From Verrucomicrobiota bacterium (GTDB taxonomy: Bacteria; Verrucomicrobiota; Verrucomicrobiia; Opitutales; LL51), in assembly GCA_021294815.2 (NCBI GenBank), contig CP095464.1, forward strand, positions 210,001 to 242,000: a stretch of DNA of 32,000 bases. Direction: 5' to 3'. This document shows, in pieces, positions 9,982 through 18,120 of this stretch (positions within the stretch are counted from its first letter, which is position 1; each line of letters opens with the position of its first letter). The translations under genes and the position numbers were made by a program. The notes beneath the pieces are model-generated. The model had not been told where the DNA came from. It made no database searches and saw nothing but the letters and a program-made list of their open reading frames with translations.

Positions 9982-10010
9982 CGTGGGATCATTTAGAGAA
10001 AGGAAAATCG

Positions 10011-10184
10011 ATGAAAGAAAAATTAATGATGAGTCTTATGGTTTTCGGTCTTGGAAGTGCACTCTTTGGTACACCGACAGCGAAACCGGGGAATGAGAAC
10101 CCGAATCCGGAACAACCGACTTGCGAAGGGCCGACTTGCGAAAAACCAATGCCCCCTTGCCAAGGCGATACTTGCAAAAAGTAA
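10011..10184 (+). CDS. Small secreted Cys-rich peptide (57 aa), unknown function
   Basis: Below the ORF-track size cutoff. MKEKLMMSLMVFGLGSALFG/TPTAKPGNENPNPEQPTCEGPTCEKPMPPCQGDTCKK: signal-peptide-like N-terminus followed by a Pro/Cys-rich 37-aa mature part. Has its own promoter, RBS and terminator on the plus strand, inserted between minus-strand operons. Confidence 0.65.
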   Translation: MKEKLMMSLMVFGLGSALFGTPTAKPGNENPNPEQPTCEGPTCEKPMPPCQGDTCKK

Positions 10185-10208
10185 GACGCTTTTAGTTTGT
10201 TTACAAAG

Positions 10209-10231
10209 GCCGAGGAAATCTCGGCTTTTTT
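10209..10231 (+). terminator. Rho-independent terminator of the small peptide gene
   Basis: GCCGAG-GAAAT-CTCGGC hairpin (10209-10225) followed by TTTTTT (10226-10231). The T-tract overlaps the convergent lpxK stop codon (10230-10232). Confidence 0.75.
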
Positions 10232-11444
10232 ATGATACGGCTGCGCAATTGAGCGCATTGTCTAGCAGATTCTTGAGCGCGCACTCGTTGCGTAGAAATT
10301 GAATGTCCACACGAACATAGTAAAGCGGCGTGTGAAAGGGATAATTTTTGGGGATTCGAACGGCATCCTTTTCCGTTGTAATGAGGTAATCCGCGTTGAG
10401 CGCATGTTCGTCGATGCTGGAAAGTTCCGCTCCTGAAAACCGATGATGATCAAGATAACGCTTCTTATAGATGACTTTGGCACCTAAACGTACAATCAGC
10501 TGCTCAAATCCAGTCGGTGAGGCAATTCCGCAGAAAAGCGCCACCTTTTTCCCAGAAATGGCATCCAATGGTAGGATTGTTGCCTCATTTTGACTGACAA
10601 AATAACACGACTGATGCCGGCATTCCACAAGTGGCGCGGTTGGATTACCATAGCGCAAATTTTGCTCCAATAGCGGATCGAGTGTATCCTCGGATTTCGT
10701 CAACAATAGTAAGGACGCCCGATCAAGATTACAGAGCGGTTCCCGTAGAATTCCCCGCGGCAGGAGGTAGTAATTTCCAAAAGGATTACTACTGTCGACC
10801 AAAACAACCCGCAAAGTCGACGCGATCCGAAAATACTGATAACCATCGTCTAAAATGAGGACATCGGCGTGAAAGCGCTTAATCGCACAACGCCCCGCTT
10901 TAACACGATCTTTGTCGACAATGACCGGTACGCCTTGGAGATTTTTCGCCAACATATAGGGCTCGTCGCCGGCGTGTTCAGAATCCATGAGAATCTGTCG
11001 CCCGTCGCTGACGATTTTAGGTGGACGCTCCGGGGCGTGCGTCATCCACCGCCAAAATTTTTGATAAAACGGCTCCCCCTTACTTTTATAGCCACGACTG
11101 ATAATGGCTGGTCGCCGTCCCATCGACAACAAGAGATGTGCGAGATATTCTGCAACTGGTGTTTTGCCGGTACCACCCATCGTAATATTACCAACAACGA
11201 TCACATGACATCCTAATGCCTGGGCCCTCAGTAAGCGTTTACGATATAACCACTGACGCAACTGAACAATACCGAAAAATACAAATGACAGCGGGACTAA
11301 AAAGGCGGCAAAAATCCGCGCTCCCCGCGTTCGGCGACGATCATATAACACATCCGCAACAAACTGCGCAAAACGATCCCCACTCCTATGGAGATGTTTT
11401 TGCTGTTTTTTTAAAAAATAACGAACTTTACGTAGAAATCGCAT
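10230..11444 (-). CDS. lpxK: Tetraacyldisaccharide 4'-kinase
   Basis: [21 protein letters not shown]...[11 protein letters not shown]...GDEP..LA...LDDGYQ. The track start (TTG at 11465) overlaps holA. The ATG at 11444 lies 4 nt after the holA stop. Confidence 0.88.
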   Translation of the reverse strand: MRFLRKVRYFLKKQQKHLHRSGDRFAQFVADVLYDRRRTRGARIFAAFLVPLSFVFFGIVQLRQWLYRKRLLRAQALGCHVIVVGNITMGGTGKTPVAEYLAHLLLSMGRRPAIISRGYKSKGEPFYQKFWRWMTHAPERPPKIVSDGRQILMDSEHAGDEPYMLAKNLQGVPVIVDKDRVKAGRCAIKRFHADVLILDDGYQYFRIASTLRVVLVDSSNPFGNYYLLPRGILREPLCNLDRASLLLLTKSEDTLDPLLEQNLRYGNPTAPLVECRHQSCYFVSQNEATILPLDAISGKKVALFCGIASPTGFEQLIVRLGAKVIYKKRYLDHHRFSGAELSSIDEHALNADYLITTEKDAVRIPKNYPFHTPLYYVRVDIQFLRNECALKNLLDNALNCAAVS

Positions 11445-11448
11445 ACGT

Positions 11449-12516
11449 TTAGTCTTTTGTCGCAAGGGCTCCTTGTCCCACTTTGCTCATCGTACGCAAA
11501 TGAAAGTAAAGTGTTTCGAAAACCGTTATTGACTCACGGTAATAGGTAGATAAATCGACGATCGCCCACAAAAGTTGGCGCTGGAACTGAAGCCACTCCC
11601 TGACGCTATGCTGTTGTGCAATTGGTAACAACTTCGACAGATACCACGGATTTTGGCTAAAAATACTTTCATCCGATGCCTTGGGATAACGCGTTGCAAG
11701 CTGTTCAAGTGTTGCTTTATTAATACGCGCCACGTGATCATGCTCACATAAATAAGCGAGCTGTACCAAAATACGAACCCGGTTTTGTAAGGCCATAAGC
11801 AACGGACGCCCCTCTTCCTGATATAAAAAGTAGCGCCGAATTTCTTCCCGAAAACGCTCAACATCGTCTTGAAAAAAACTATCGATTGTTTCAAAAAAAT
11901 CGCTATTTTGAATGTCTACCACAACCGCTCGGATATCCTCGATTTCAATATCACGGCGATCGCCGACGTATAGTAACAATTTTTCGAGCTCATTATCGAT
12001 GACGGCCGTTTCATTCCCTGTTCGTCTCAAGAAAAGCGCTGCGGCTTCAGAAGTGATTTTTTTCTGCTCCTTTTCGATTTTTTTAGAAAGTAACCGCTCG
12101 CAATCCAATGCCTTCAGTGATTCACACAGCTCGGACTGACTGTGGTCTAAAAACCATTTCACGACCTTTTGTCGGCGATCACACGCTCCTGCGGTTAATA
12201 AAAATCCGGTGGGCACAGTTTTCAAAGTTTTCTGAACAACCTCGATCCACTCCAGAACAGCTTCTGATTTCAAGACCACACTGTCATTGAGATACGATAC
12301 CCCGCGGTACCAGACGAATTTTTCCTCGGAAAAGAGTGACGACGTTCGAAGTGCCTCATGGACCCGTTTTAATTCCGCAACCACCTCGGCAACCTTTGTC
12401 GCTTCACTCGCAATCACCTCAATTTCTTGATTCCGATGCGACTCCAAAACTGCCTCTCCGCGGTTAAGAACCGTGAAGGCATCGCTACCGAAAATAAAAA
12501 ACCGCTCGCCGACCAT
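11449..12516 (-). CDS. holA: DNA polymerase III subunit delta
   Basis: 355 aa. Its length, N-terminal FIFGSD.F pattern and the ITSEAAALFLRRTGNETAVIDNELEKLLLYVGDR..IEIEDIRAVV and RPLLMALQNRVRILVQL segments line up by eye with E. coli HolA domains II/III. Confidence 0.65.
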   Translation of the reverse strand: MVGERFFIFGSDAFTVLNRGEAVLESHRNQEIEVIASEATKVAEVVAELKRVHEALRTSSLFSEEKFVWYRGVSYLNDSVVLKSEAVLEWIEVVQKTLKTVPTGFLLTAGACDRRQKVVKWFLDHSQSELCESLKALDCERLLSKKIEKEQKKITSEAAALFLRRTGNETAVIDNELEKLLLYVGDRRDIEIEDIRAVVVDIQNSDFFETIDSFFQDDVERFREEIRRYFLYQEEGRPLLMALQNRVRILVQLAYLCEHDHVARINKATLEQLATRYPKASDESIFSQNPWYLSKLLPIAQQHSVREWLQFQRQLLWAIVDLSTYYRESITVFETLYFHLRTMSKVGQGALATKD

Positions 12517-12540
12517 GTTTGATCGTACGATTGTATTTTT

Positions 12541-13248
12541 TTAACTTTGGCAATCCTCAGGTAATGCTTTTTCCGCCCTACTGGGTTTCGGCGGGTATTC
12601 AGGATTCACGACACCTCCCGAAATAATCATCTTCATGCCGTCAGAAATACTCATTTCGAGCACAACAACATCTTCTTTCGGAACAAATAATAAAAATCCG
12701 CTTGTCGGGTTTGGTGTCGTCGGGATAAAGACATTGACAACATTTTGCTGCGTTTTGACCTGGACCTCCCCGCGCGTCTCACTCGTTAAAAATCCCAACG
12801 CATACATCCCCTTATGCGGGTATTCGATTAAAACTACTGCCTGAAAAACCGCTTCTTGATTCTTATTAAATGTATCGACGACCTGTTTGACGGTCTTGTA
12901 AACAGAGCTCACAAAAGGCACATTATTGATCAGGCTTTCAATGAGCCCTAACAACTTTGCAGTCATGCGGACTAAAAAATACTTGGAGACAAAGCCCAGT
13001 AACGTTACCAGTCCGACAACAAGGATCGTCGACCCAAGATTGACGATCGTGCTCATCCAGAATTTATCGGGAAGTTCGAGACCAAGCGACTCGAGGATTA
13101 ACGAACTCACTGGCGAACCAACATAATCGAGTAAGAGTCCGACAACAATTGCGGTCACCCCAAGCGGAAGCAATAAAAAGAGCCCCGTCAGAAAACAATT
13201 TTTCGCGACTTTTAAGAGACGCCAGCGTTTACGGACCGCACATGCCAT
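12541..13248 (-). CDS. DUF502 family membrane protein
   Basis: 235 aa. Two N-terminal TM helices and the signature IPTTPNPTSGFLLFVPKEDVVVLEMSISDGMKMIISGG. Confidence 0.8.
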   Translation of the reverse strand: MACAVRKRWRLLKVAKNCFLTGLFLLLPLGVTAIVVGLLLDYVGSPVSSLILESLGLELPDKFWMSTIVNLGSTILVVGLVTLLGFVSKYFLVRMTAKLLGLIESLINNVPFVSSVYKTVKQVVDTFNKNQEAVFQAVVLIEYPHKGMYALGFLTSETRGEVQVKTQQNVVNVFIPTTPNPTSGFLLFVPKEDVVVLEMSISDGMKMIISGGVVNPEYPPKPSRAEKALPEDCQS

Positions 13249-13284
13249 ATTTTTATCTTAACCAATCTCGAGCGAATACAACAC

Positions 13285-13701
13285 TTATATTCTCGTGACC
13301 ACTAGATGTCGAACGCCCTCTACATCGACGGAAAAAGTCACACGATGCGTACTGTTGAGTTCTTGGAAATGCGCGGGCCACTCGATCACAACAATATAGG
13401 GCGGCGTAACGTATTCTAAAATATCAATCGACATCCCCGTCTCTAAACGATAGGCGTCGATGTGAACTAGTGTTAAGTCTGATCCGGAATAAATCGAAGC
13501 AATATTAAAGGTAGGACTCGTAATAGGTTCTGTGACCCCTAGTGCGCGCGCAATTCCTTTGACAAAAGTCGTTTTCCCGACACCTAAATTGCCTGCTAAG
13601 GCAATAATATCCCCGGCTTGAAGCGTTTTTCCAAAAACTTCACCCTGCCGTATCAGTGCTTCGGGCGTTGGACAAATCCACTTAAAAGATGGTACTTCCA
13701 C
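13285..13701 (-). CDS. tsaE: tRNA t6A biosynthesis ATPase TsaE (YjeE)
   Basis: 138 aa, GTG start. LAGNLGVGKTTFVKGIARALG...ITSPTFNI...H.D.YRL. Confidence 0.88.
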   Translation of the reverse strand: MEVPSFKWICPTPEALIRQGEVFGKTLQAGDIIALAGNLGVGKTTFVKGIARALGVTEPITSPTFNIASIYSGSDLTLVHIDAYRLETGMSIDILEYVTPPYIVVIEWPAHFQELNSTHRVTFSVDVEGVRHLVVTRI

Positions 13702-14455
13702 AAACCGTTAAGAGAATGGTTAGGGCGTTGTTAGCCGCATGCGCAAAAATAGCAGGCCACAGATTTCCATAGCGCTCATACAGCCACGTCAACAAAAGGC
13801 TAAACAAAAATAATCCTGGAAAACTCCGTAAATTGCCATGGAGTTGTGCAAATAACCAAGCCGTTAGCAGCGCGGCACAATACGGTCCCCGAAAAAGACC
13901 CTTCAAGTAACGGTAACAATAGTAGCGGAACCCGATTTCTTCGATAATGGGTGCTAGAATAACCGCCGCAACAGCAACACCAAAAACAGGCCACAATTCT
14001 GTCGCGTTCTGTAGGAGTAGCAAAATGCCCTGTGGAACGGATGGATATTGCCAGTAATCTAATAAAACTTCCCAAAGTGGCGTAATTAGAATAACAATTC
14101 CTAGCCAGAGAAGCGCCATACAACCCAAGCTTGCCCAGAGTTGACGGCGATATAATGGCAGCGGATTCACCGATGGATAATAACGAAACTGGTTGAGGCG
14201 AATGCCAAAAAATCCACAAGACAATGCCGTTACCCCAACGGCTACTTCTAAAAGAGATTCCCGTGCGAGTGGTGATAGCGTCTGGAGATGTGATGTGAGA
14301 AAAATTCGCGGTAATAGGAGACACTGTAATCCCCCAATGCCCGTGAAAATAAAGCGTAGCGGTGCAATTTTGATCGGCGATAGTGCGCTCATTGCTTTAA
14401 TTAATGCGTAACGGCATAATGACACATTTAAAGTCGTCATTCGTTCGGATGACAC
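13682..14455 (-). CDS. CPBP family intramembrane glutamic endopeptidase (CAAX protease-like)
   Basis: Multi-TM protein with APIIEEIGFRYY, FAQLHGN and FAHAANNAL motifs. The start is uncertain: GTG 14455, ATG 14440 or ATG 14392, none with a good RBS. The longest form overlaps the dnaN end by 59 nt. Confidence 0.8.
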   Translation of the reverse strand: MSSERMTTLNVSLCRYALIKAMSALSPIKIAPLRFIFTGIGGLQCLLLPRIFLTSHLQTLSPLARESLLEVAVGVTALSCGFFGIRLNQFRYYPSVNPLPLYRRQLWASLGCMALLWLGIVILITPLWEVLLDYWQYPSVPQGILLLLQNATELWPVFGVAVAAVILAPIIEEIGFRYYCYRYLKGLFRGPYCAALLTAWLFAQLHGNLRSFPGLFLFSLLLTWLYERYGNLWPAIFAHAANNALTILLTVCGSTIF

Positions 14456-15515
14456 CGGGGCTCATTTCGTTCTTAAATTCGAAGGCAATCTCATCACTCG
14501 TTAGGACCTTGAGTGGATCGCAGAGGAATTGCGGATTAAAGCCCATTGCGATGTCTTCATCCTCGTAGGCAATCGGAAATACCTCGCGCGCCTCGCCATA
14601 GGCCTGACTCTGAGCGGAAATTTCGAGACTGTTTTTGGAAAATGCAAGCTTCACCGCGTAATTTTTCTCGTCGGCAACAAGCGCAATCCGCTGAATCACC
14701 GATAAGAGTTGTTCGCGATCGATGTGGATATGGTGATCGAGCGTGGATGGAATGACTTGTTTGTAATTCGGATAGTTGCCTTCGACAATTTTGGAGACGA
14801 CGTAAATTGAGTCCGTCATACTACCCTCTCCGGCAACATCAAAGAGAAATGCGATCTGTTTATCCGTTATCATGATTTGGGCAGTTTCACCAACGCCAAG
14901 CGTGCGCTCAAGCTCGACGACGGTTTTTGCCGGCACAATGACACTTCGCTGAAGAAGACACCCTGGGACTTCATTCGCAATCATCGCCAAACGTCGCCCA
15001 TCGGTCGCGATAAAATGGAGCTTCTCACCCTCTACGAGCCAGTACATGCCATTTAACAGATAGCGGTTTTCATCCCGTGATTGCGCATACGAAATGCTTT
15101 TGAGCATCCTGGCAAACTGCATCTGATTTAGCGTAACCTTCTGTTCAATCTCGAGTTGCGGAAGCTTAGGGAAATCCTCTGCGGGCAATCCCAGAACACG
15201 GAAATGCGAACTCCCCCCTGAAATACTAATTTGCTCATTCGTCTCCGAACGAAACTCAACGGTCTTTGCCGCAAGCGCCTTGATGATCGAAGTGAGTTTT
15301 TTGACCGGTAAAGTTGTGCTTCCCGGCTCTGAAACTTCTGCCTTTACGAGGCAGCGCATCCCAATGTCAAGATTGGTTGTCGATAGTGCGATACGTTCCG
15401 GCATGGCTTCTAATAAAACATTGGACAAGATGGGCATTGTTAATCGTGTCCCCACAACATTCATGACCTGTTGTAGCCCCGCTATGAGCGCCTCCTTCTC
15501 GATCGAAAACTTCAT
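14397..15515 (-). CDS. dnaN: DNA polymerase III subunit beta (sliding clamp)
   Basis: 372 aa. MKFSIEKEALIAGLQQV..VVGTR.TMPILSNVLLEA...L.L..TNLDI. Three-domain length, C-terminal MPLRIN. Confidence 0.92.
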   Translation of the reverse strand: MKFSIEKEALIAGLQQVMNVVGTRLTMPILSNVLLEAMPERIALSTTNLDIGMRCLVKAEVSEPGSTTLPVKKLTSIIKALAAKTVEFRSETNEQISISGGSSHFRVLGLPAEDFPKLPQLEIEQKVTLNQMQFARMLKSISYAQSRDENRYLLNGMYWLVEGEKLHFIATDGRRLAMIANEVPGCLLQRSVIVPAKTVVELERTLGVGETAQIMITDKQIAFLFDVAGEGSMTDSIYVVSKIVEGNYPNYKQVIPSTLDHHIHIDREQLLSVIQRIALVADEKNYAVKLAFSKNSLEISAQSQAYGEAREVFPIAYEDEDIAMGFNPQFLCDPLKVLTSDEIAFEFKNEMSPGVIRTNDDFKCVIMPLRIN

Positions 15516-15624
15516 TACCCATCACCGTAGGCCTCGCACTACAAATGACAAGCCCTATCCCACGGGTGACGATTTTATCGTTGGCAGATGGATTTTACGG
15601 TTTATCCTCATCGCCAAACGGATC

Positions 15625-16989
15625 ATGCGCCTTGGAAGATATTTAGCGAAAAATCGAATTATCGAGCTGAAAAGCCACGAGTTTAAGGATGCCCTCGTCG
15701 AGCTTTTATCGACTTGCGCGATCGCCAAGAACGCTGAGGAACAAGACTCGATCGTTAACGAGATTCTCGAACGTGAACAAACGATTACGTCGTATTTAGG
15801 CAATGGAGTTGCCCTTCCTTACATCCGACGTCCGATTAATAAGCCCTATATTTTCGCCATTGGGCGCTGTAAGAATGGTCTTAATTTTGCAAATTCCGGT
15901 GAACATAAGGATACACGGATCATCTTTTTGATGATTATTTCGACCGAAAACGAAGAATCCTACCTTACCGTACTCGCGGCAATCGCCCGTATTTTTCAGA
16001 GCCAAGAAAATATTCATCAGATTCTCGCGAACCAATCTATTGGCTCCTTCCGTGGTCATATTCGAAACCTCTTTGGTGCGTGTAAATCGATTACCAATCA
16101 AAGTAAGAACCATCAGAATCAACTGATGCTCCGGGAAGCACAAAAGATTGTGAAAGCGACTAAATGTAGTACGGTTCTTATTTTTGGAGATATTTTAACG
16201 AGTTCGTTCGAAATTGAAGCACCGACCAGTAATGCAAAACTCGTCCTCGTCACCCATAAAACGGATAGTCTTGCTGCTTCGGAAAATAATTTTGATGACG
16301 TTATTTACGTTCATCCATTCTCGAATTACCGTCTTTCTCAGGCCCGTAGCGCGATTATCATCGGTTTAACACGCGGTATTATTAGTCATAAAGACAAAGT
16401 TTGCTGCTTCTCAGGTCTCCCTCAAAGTGATATTTTTGATACCATTTCTATTATTGATGTCGCCAAAGAGTTTGGGAATTCGTTCTTTAATAACGAAGAT
16501 CTTTTATCGGAAGGCATCCATCCGGAGGCACTCGAACGGTTATTGGCCATCGCGGCGGATATCTCCGTCGAAGGTAGGGAAGGAAAGCCCGTGGGTTGTC
16601 TCTTTGTCATTGGGGATATTGCTAAAATTAAGCCCTTTACAAAGCCTCTCGTCCTTAATCCATTCTACGGCTACAAAGAAGAAGACCGTAATATTTTAAA
16701 CCCCTTTATGGCAGAAACCATTAAGGAATTTTCTTCTATTGATGGCGCATTTATCGTCCGAGGTGACGGCGTTATCGAGTCCGCAGGATCGTTGATTCAG
16801 GCATCGAGTGAAAATGCTATCCAGATGCCAAGCGGATTTGGAACGCGTCATGCCGCCGGAGCGGTTATTTCAGCCGTTGCCGATTGTATCGCAATCGCGG
16901 TTTCGGAGAGTACCCATCAGGTAACGCTGTTTAAAGATGGTAAAATGATGCTATTCTCTGACCAAAGTTTTTCATCCTCAACCATCTAA
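15625..16989 (+). CDS. Fusion protein: EIIA(Ntr)-like PTS_EIIA_2 domain, PK_C-like middle domain, DisA_N diadenylate cyclase domain
   Basis: The track ORF starts at a TTG (15280) inside dnaN. The first plausible start is the ATG at 15625 (454 aa). The N-terminus aligns with PtsN (ILEREQTITSYLGNGVALPYI vs ILTREKMGSTGIGNGIAIPHG). The C-terminus carries DAC motifs: GCLFVIGD, IDGAFIV (16741-) and GTRHAAG (16840-16860), then AIAVSESTHQVTLFKDG. Confidence 0.8.
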   Translation: MRLGRYLAKNRIIELKSHEFKDALVELLSTCAIAKNAEEQDSIVNEILEREQTITSYLGNGVALPYIRRPINKPYIFAIGRCKNGLNFANSGEHKDTRIIFLMIISTENEESYLTVLAAIARIFQSQENIHQILANQSIGSFRGHIRNLFGACKSITNQSKNHQNQLMLREAQKIVKATKCSTVLIFGDILTSSFEIEAPTSNAKLVLVTHKTDSLAASENNFDDVIYVHPFSNYRLSQARSAIIIGLTRGIISHKDKVCCFSGLPQSDIFDTISIIDVAKEFGNSFFNNEDLLSEGIHPEALERLLAIAADISVEGREGKPVGCLFVIGDIAKIKPFTKPLVLNPFYGYKEEDRNILNPFMAETIKEFSSIDGAFIVRGDGVIESAGSLIQASSENAIQMPSGFGTRHAAGAVISAVADCIAIAVSESTHQVTLFKDGKMMLFSDQSFSSSTI

Positions 16990-17028
16990 AAGGCTTTTGC
17001 TCTTATCTAGGAAGGGTATATCGGAAAA

Positions 17029-17985
17029 ATGCAGCCTCTCATTAAAAAGAATGAAGCATTATCGGTACGGCGTTTTTTTGACATGGGCCGTGCCTCGCTA
17101 CAACTTGCGCTCGTCGCAGGTGAATCGGGTCTCAATACCCACGCGATCACCGATAATGCCGTTAACCGTCCAGGTCTCGCATTGACGGGGTATTTTAAGC
17201 GTTTCGCTTCGAAGCGTGTTCAATATCTCGGATTCTGTGAGCTCTCTTACCTTCTCGATCTCGATCCAGAAGCTCAACTCCATGCAATCGATGGAATTGA
17301 TGAAGTCGGTATCCCGTGTTTCGTCGTCACGGATCGAATTCCGGTACCCACCTCAATCGTAGAGCACTGTAATGAACGGGCTCTACCCCTTCTATCGACG
17401 CATCTCACGTCTGCGGAATTCGTTGAACGTGCAACGATTGCACTCGACGAGTATTTCGCACCCAATACCGTTCTCTCCGGAACGCTCGTAGAAGTCAATG
17501 GCATAGGCGTACTCATCCAAGGGTTACCGGCTTTGAGTAAAAGTGTTTCGACGATTGTACTCATCGAACATGGCCATACGCTGATTGCGGACGAAGTCGT
17601 TTGTGTCTCTCGTAGCCATGACGGCCTCCTAGTGGGCAGCGGTAAAGATCTCGCACGCGGGTTTATGGAATTCCGCGGCATTGGGCTCCTAAAAGTCTCT
17701 GAACACTTTGGGACACATGCGGTTCGTGCCAAAGGTCCGGTCGATCTCATCGTACAGTTCCTAGACGTCTTACCGAATGCGGAAAAAACAGGTCTCGAAG
17801 CACCGTCTGAAGATACCATCCTCGATTGTACCCTACCACTCATCCAACTCCCTGTCTGCTCAGGGAATGATGCCTGTCGGCTTGTCGAGATTGCGGCAAC
17901 GCTCCACCTACTACGGAAGCGCGGTCATAATCCGGCAGAAGAGCTTGCGCAACGTCTCCTACAACAGATGGAAACCTCGGCTTAG
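17029..17985 (+). CDS. hprK: HPr kinase/phosphorylase homolog with a non-canonical P-loop
   Basis: 318 aa. NRPGLALTGYF..F...RVQYLG..E..YL, HGHTLIADE and MEFRGIGLLKV align with HprK/P. The Walker A position reads GLPALSKS (17521-17544) instead of GDSGxGKS. Confidence 0.8.
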   Translation: MQPLIKKNEALSVRRFFDMGRASLQLALVAGESGLNTHAITDNAVNRPGLALTGYFKRFASKRVQYLGFCELSYLLDLDPEAQLHAIDGIDEVGIPCFVVTDRIPVPTSIVEHCNERALPLLSTHLTSAEFVERATIALDEYFAPNTVLSGTLVEVNGIGVLIQGLPALSKSVSTIVLIEHGHTLIADEVVCVSRSHDGLLVGSGKDLARGFMEFRGIGLLKVSEHFGTHAVRAKGPVDLIVQFLDVLPNAEKTGLEAPSEDTILDCTLPLIQLPVCSGNDACRLVEIAATLHLLRKRGHNPAEELAQRLLQQMETSA

Positions 17986-18120
17986 TATAAGGTATTGTTG
18001 AGTTTATTTTGAATCTGCATACGCTCAACCCAACTACTCTGGCGACTTTTCGCTAACAAGTCGAGAGCGAATATGGGGACTTCGCATTGACGGTTCCTTG
18101 AAAAAAAGTACGCTCATGCC

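Noticed and set aside
9989-10258. 89-aa minus-strand ORF overlapping the small peptide gene.
   Set aside because: The promoter, RBS, signal peptide and terminator are all oriented for the plus-strand 57-aa ORF. The minus ORF has no RBS and would run through the terminator hairpin.
15280-15624. The N-terminal 115 codons of the 569-aa track ORF (TTG start at 15280).
   Set aside because: This part lies antisense inside dnaN and has no domain-like sequence. The recognisable EIIA-like domain begins at the ATG at 15625, just past the dnaN start.
15516-15624. Possible oriC next to dnaN (divergent strand switch, DnaA-box-like TTATCCTCA at 15602-15610).
   Set aside because: There is only one near-consensus box, no AT-rich unwinding element, the region is only 109 bp, and gene orientation flips again at 21.9 kb. 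This is insufficient for an origin call.
17274-17843. 189-aa minus-strand ORF inside hprK. Similar long antisense or alternative-frame ORFs occur at 1553-1996, 4741-5193, 13800-14324, 15796-16143, 23486-23863 and 24857-25216.
   Set aside because: Each is fully nested in a gene with strong family motifs on the other strand or frame. Their translations are low-complexity (Arg/Ser/Pro-rich) with no recognisable motifs. They are typical shadow ORFs.
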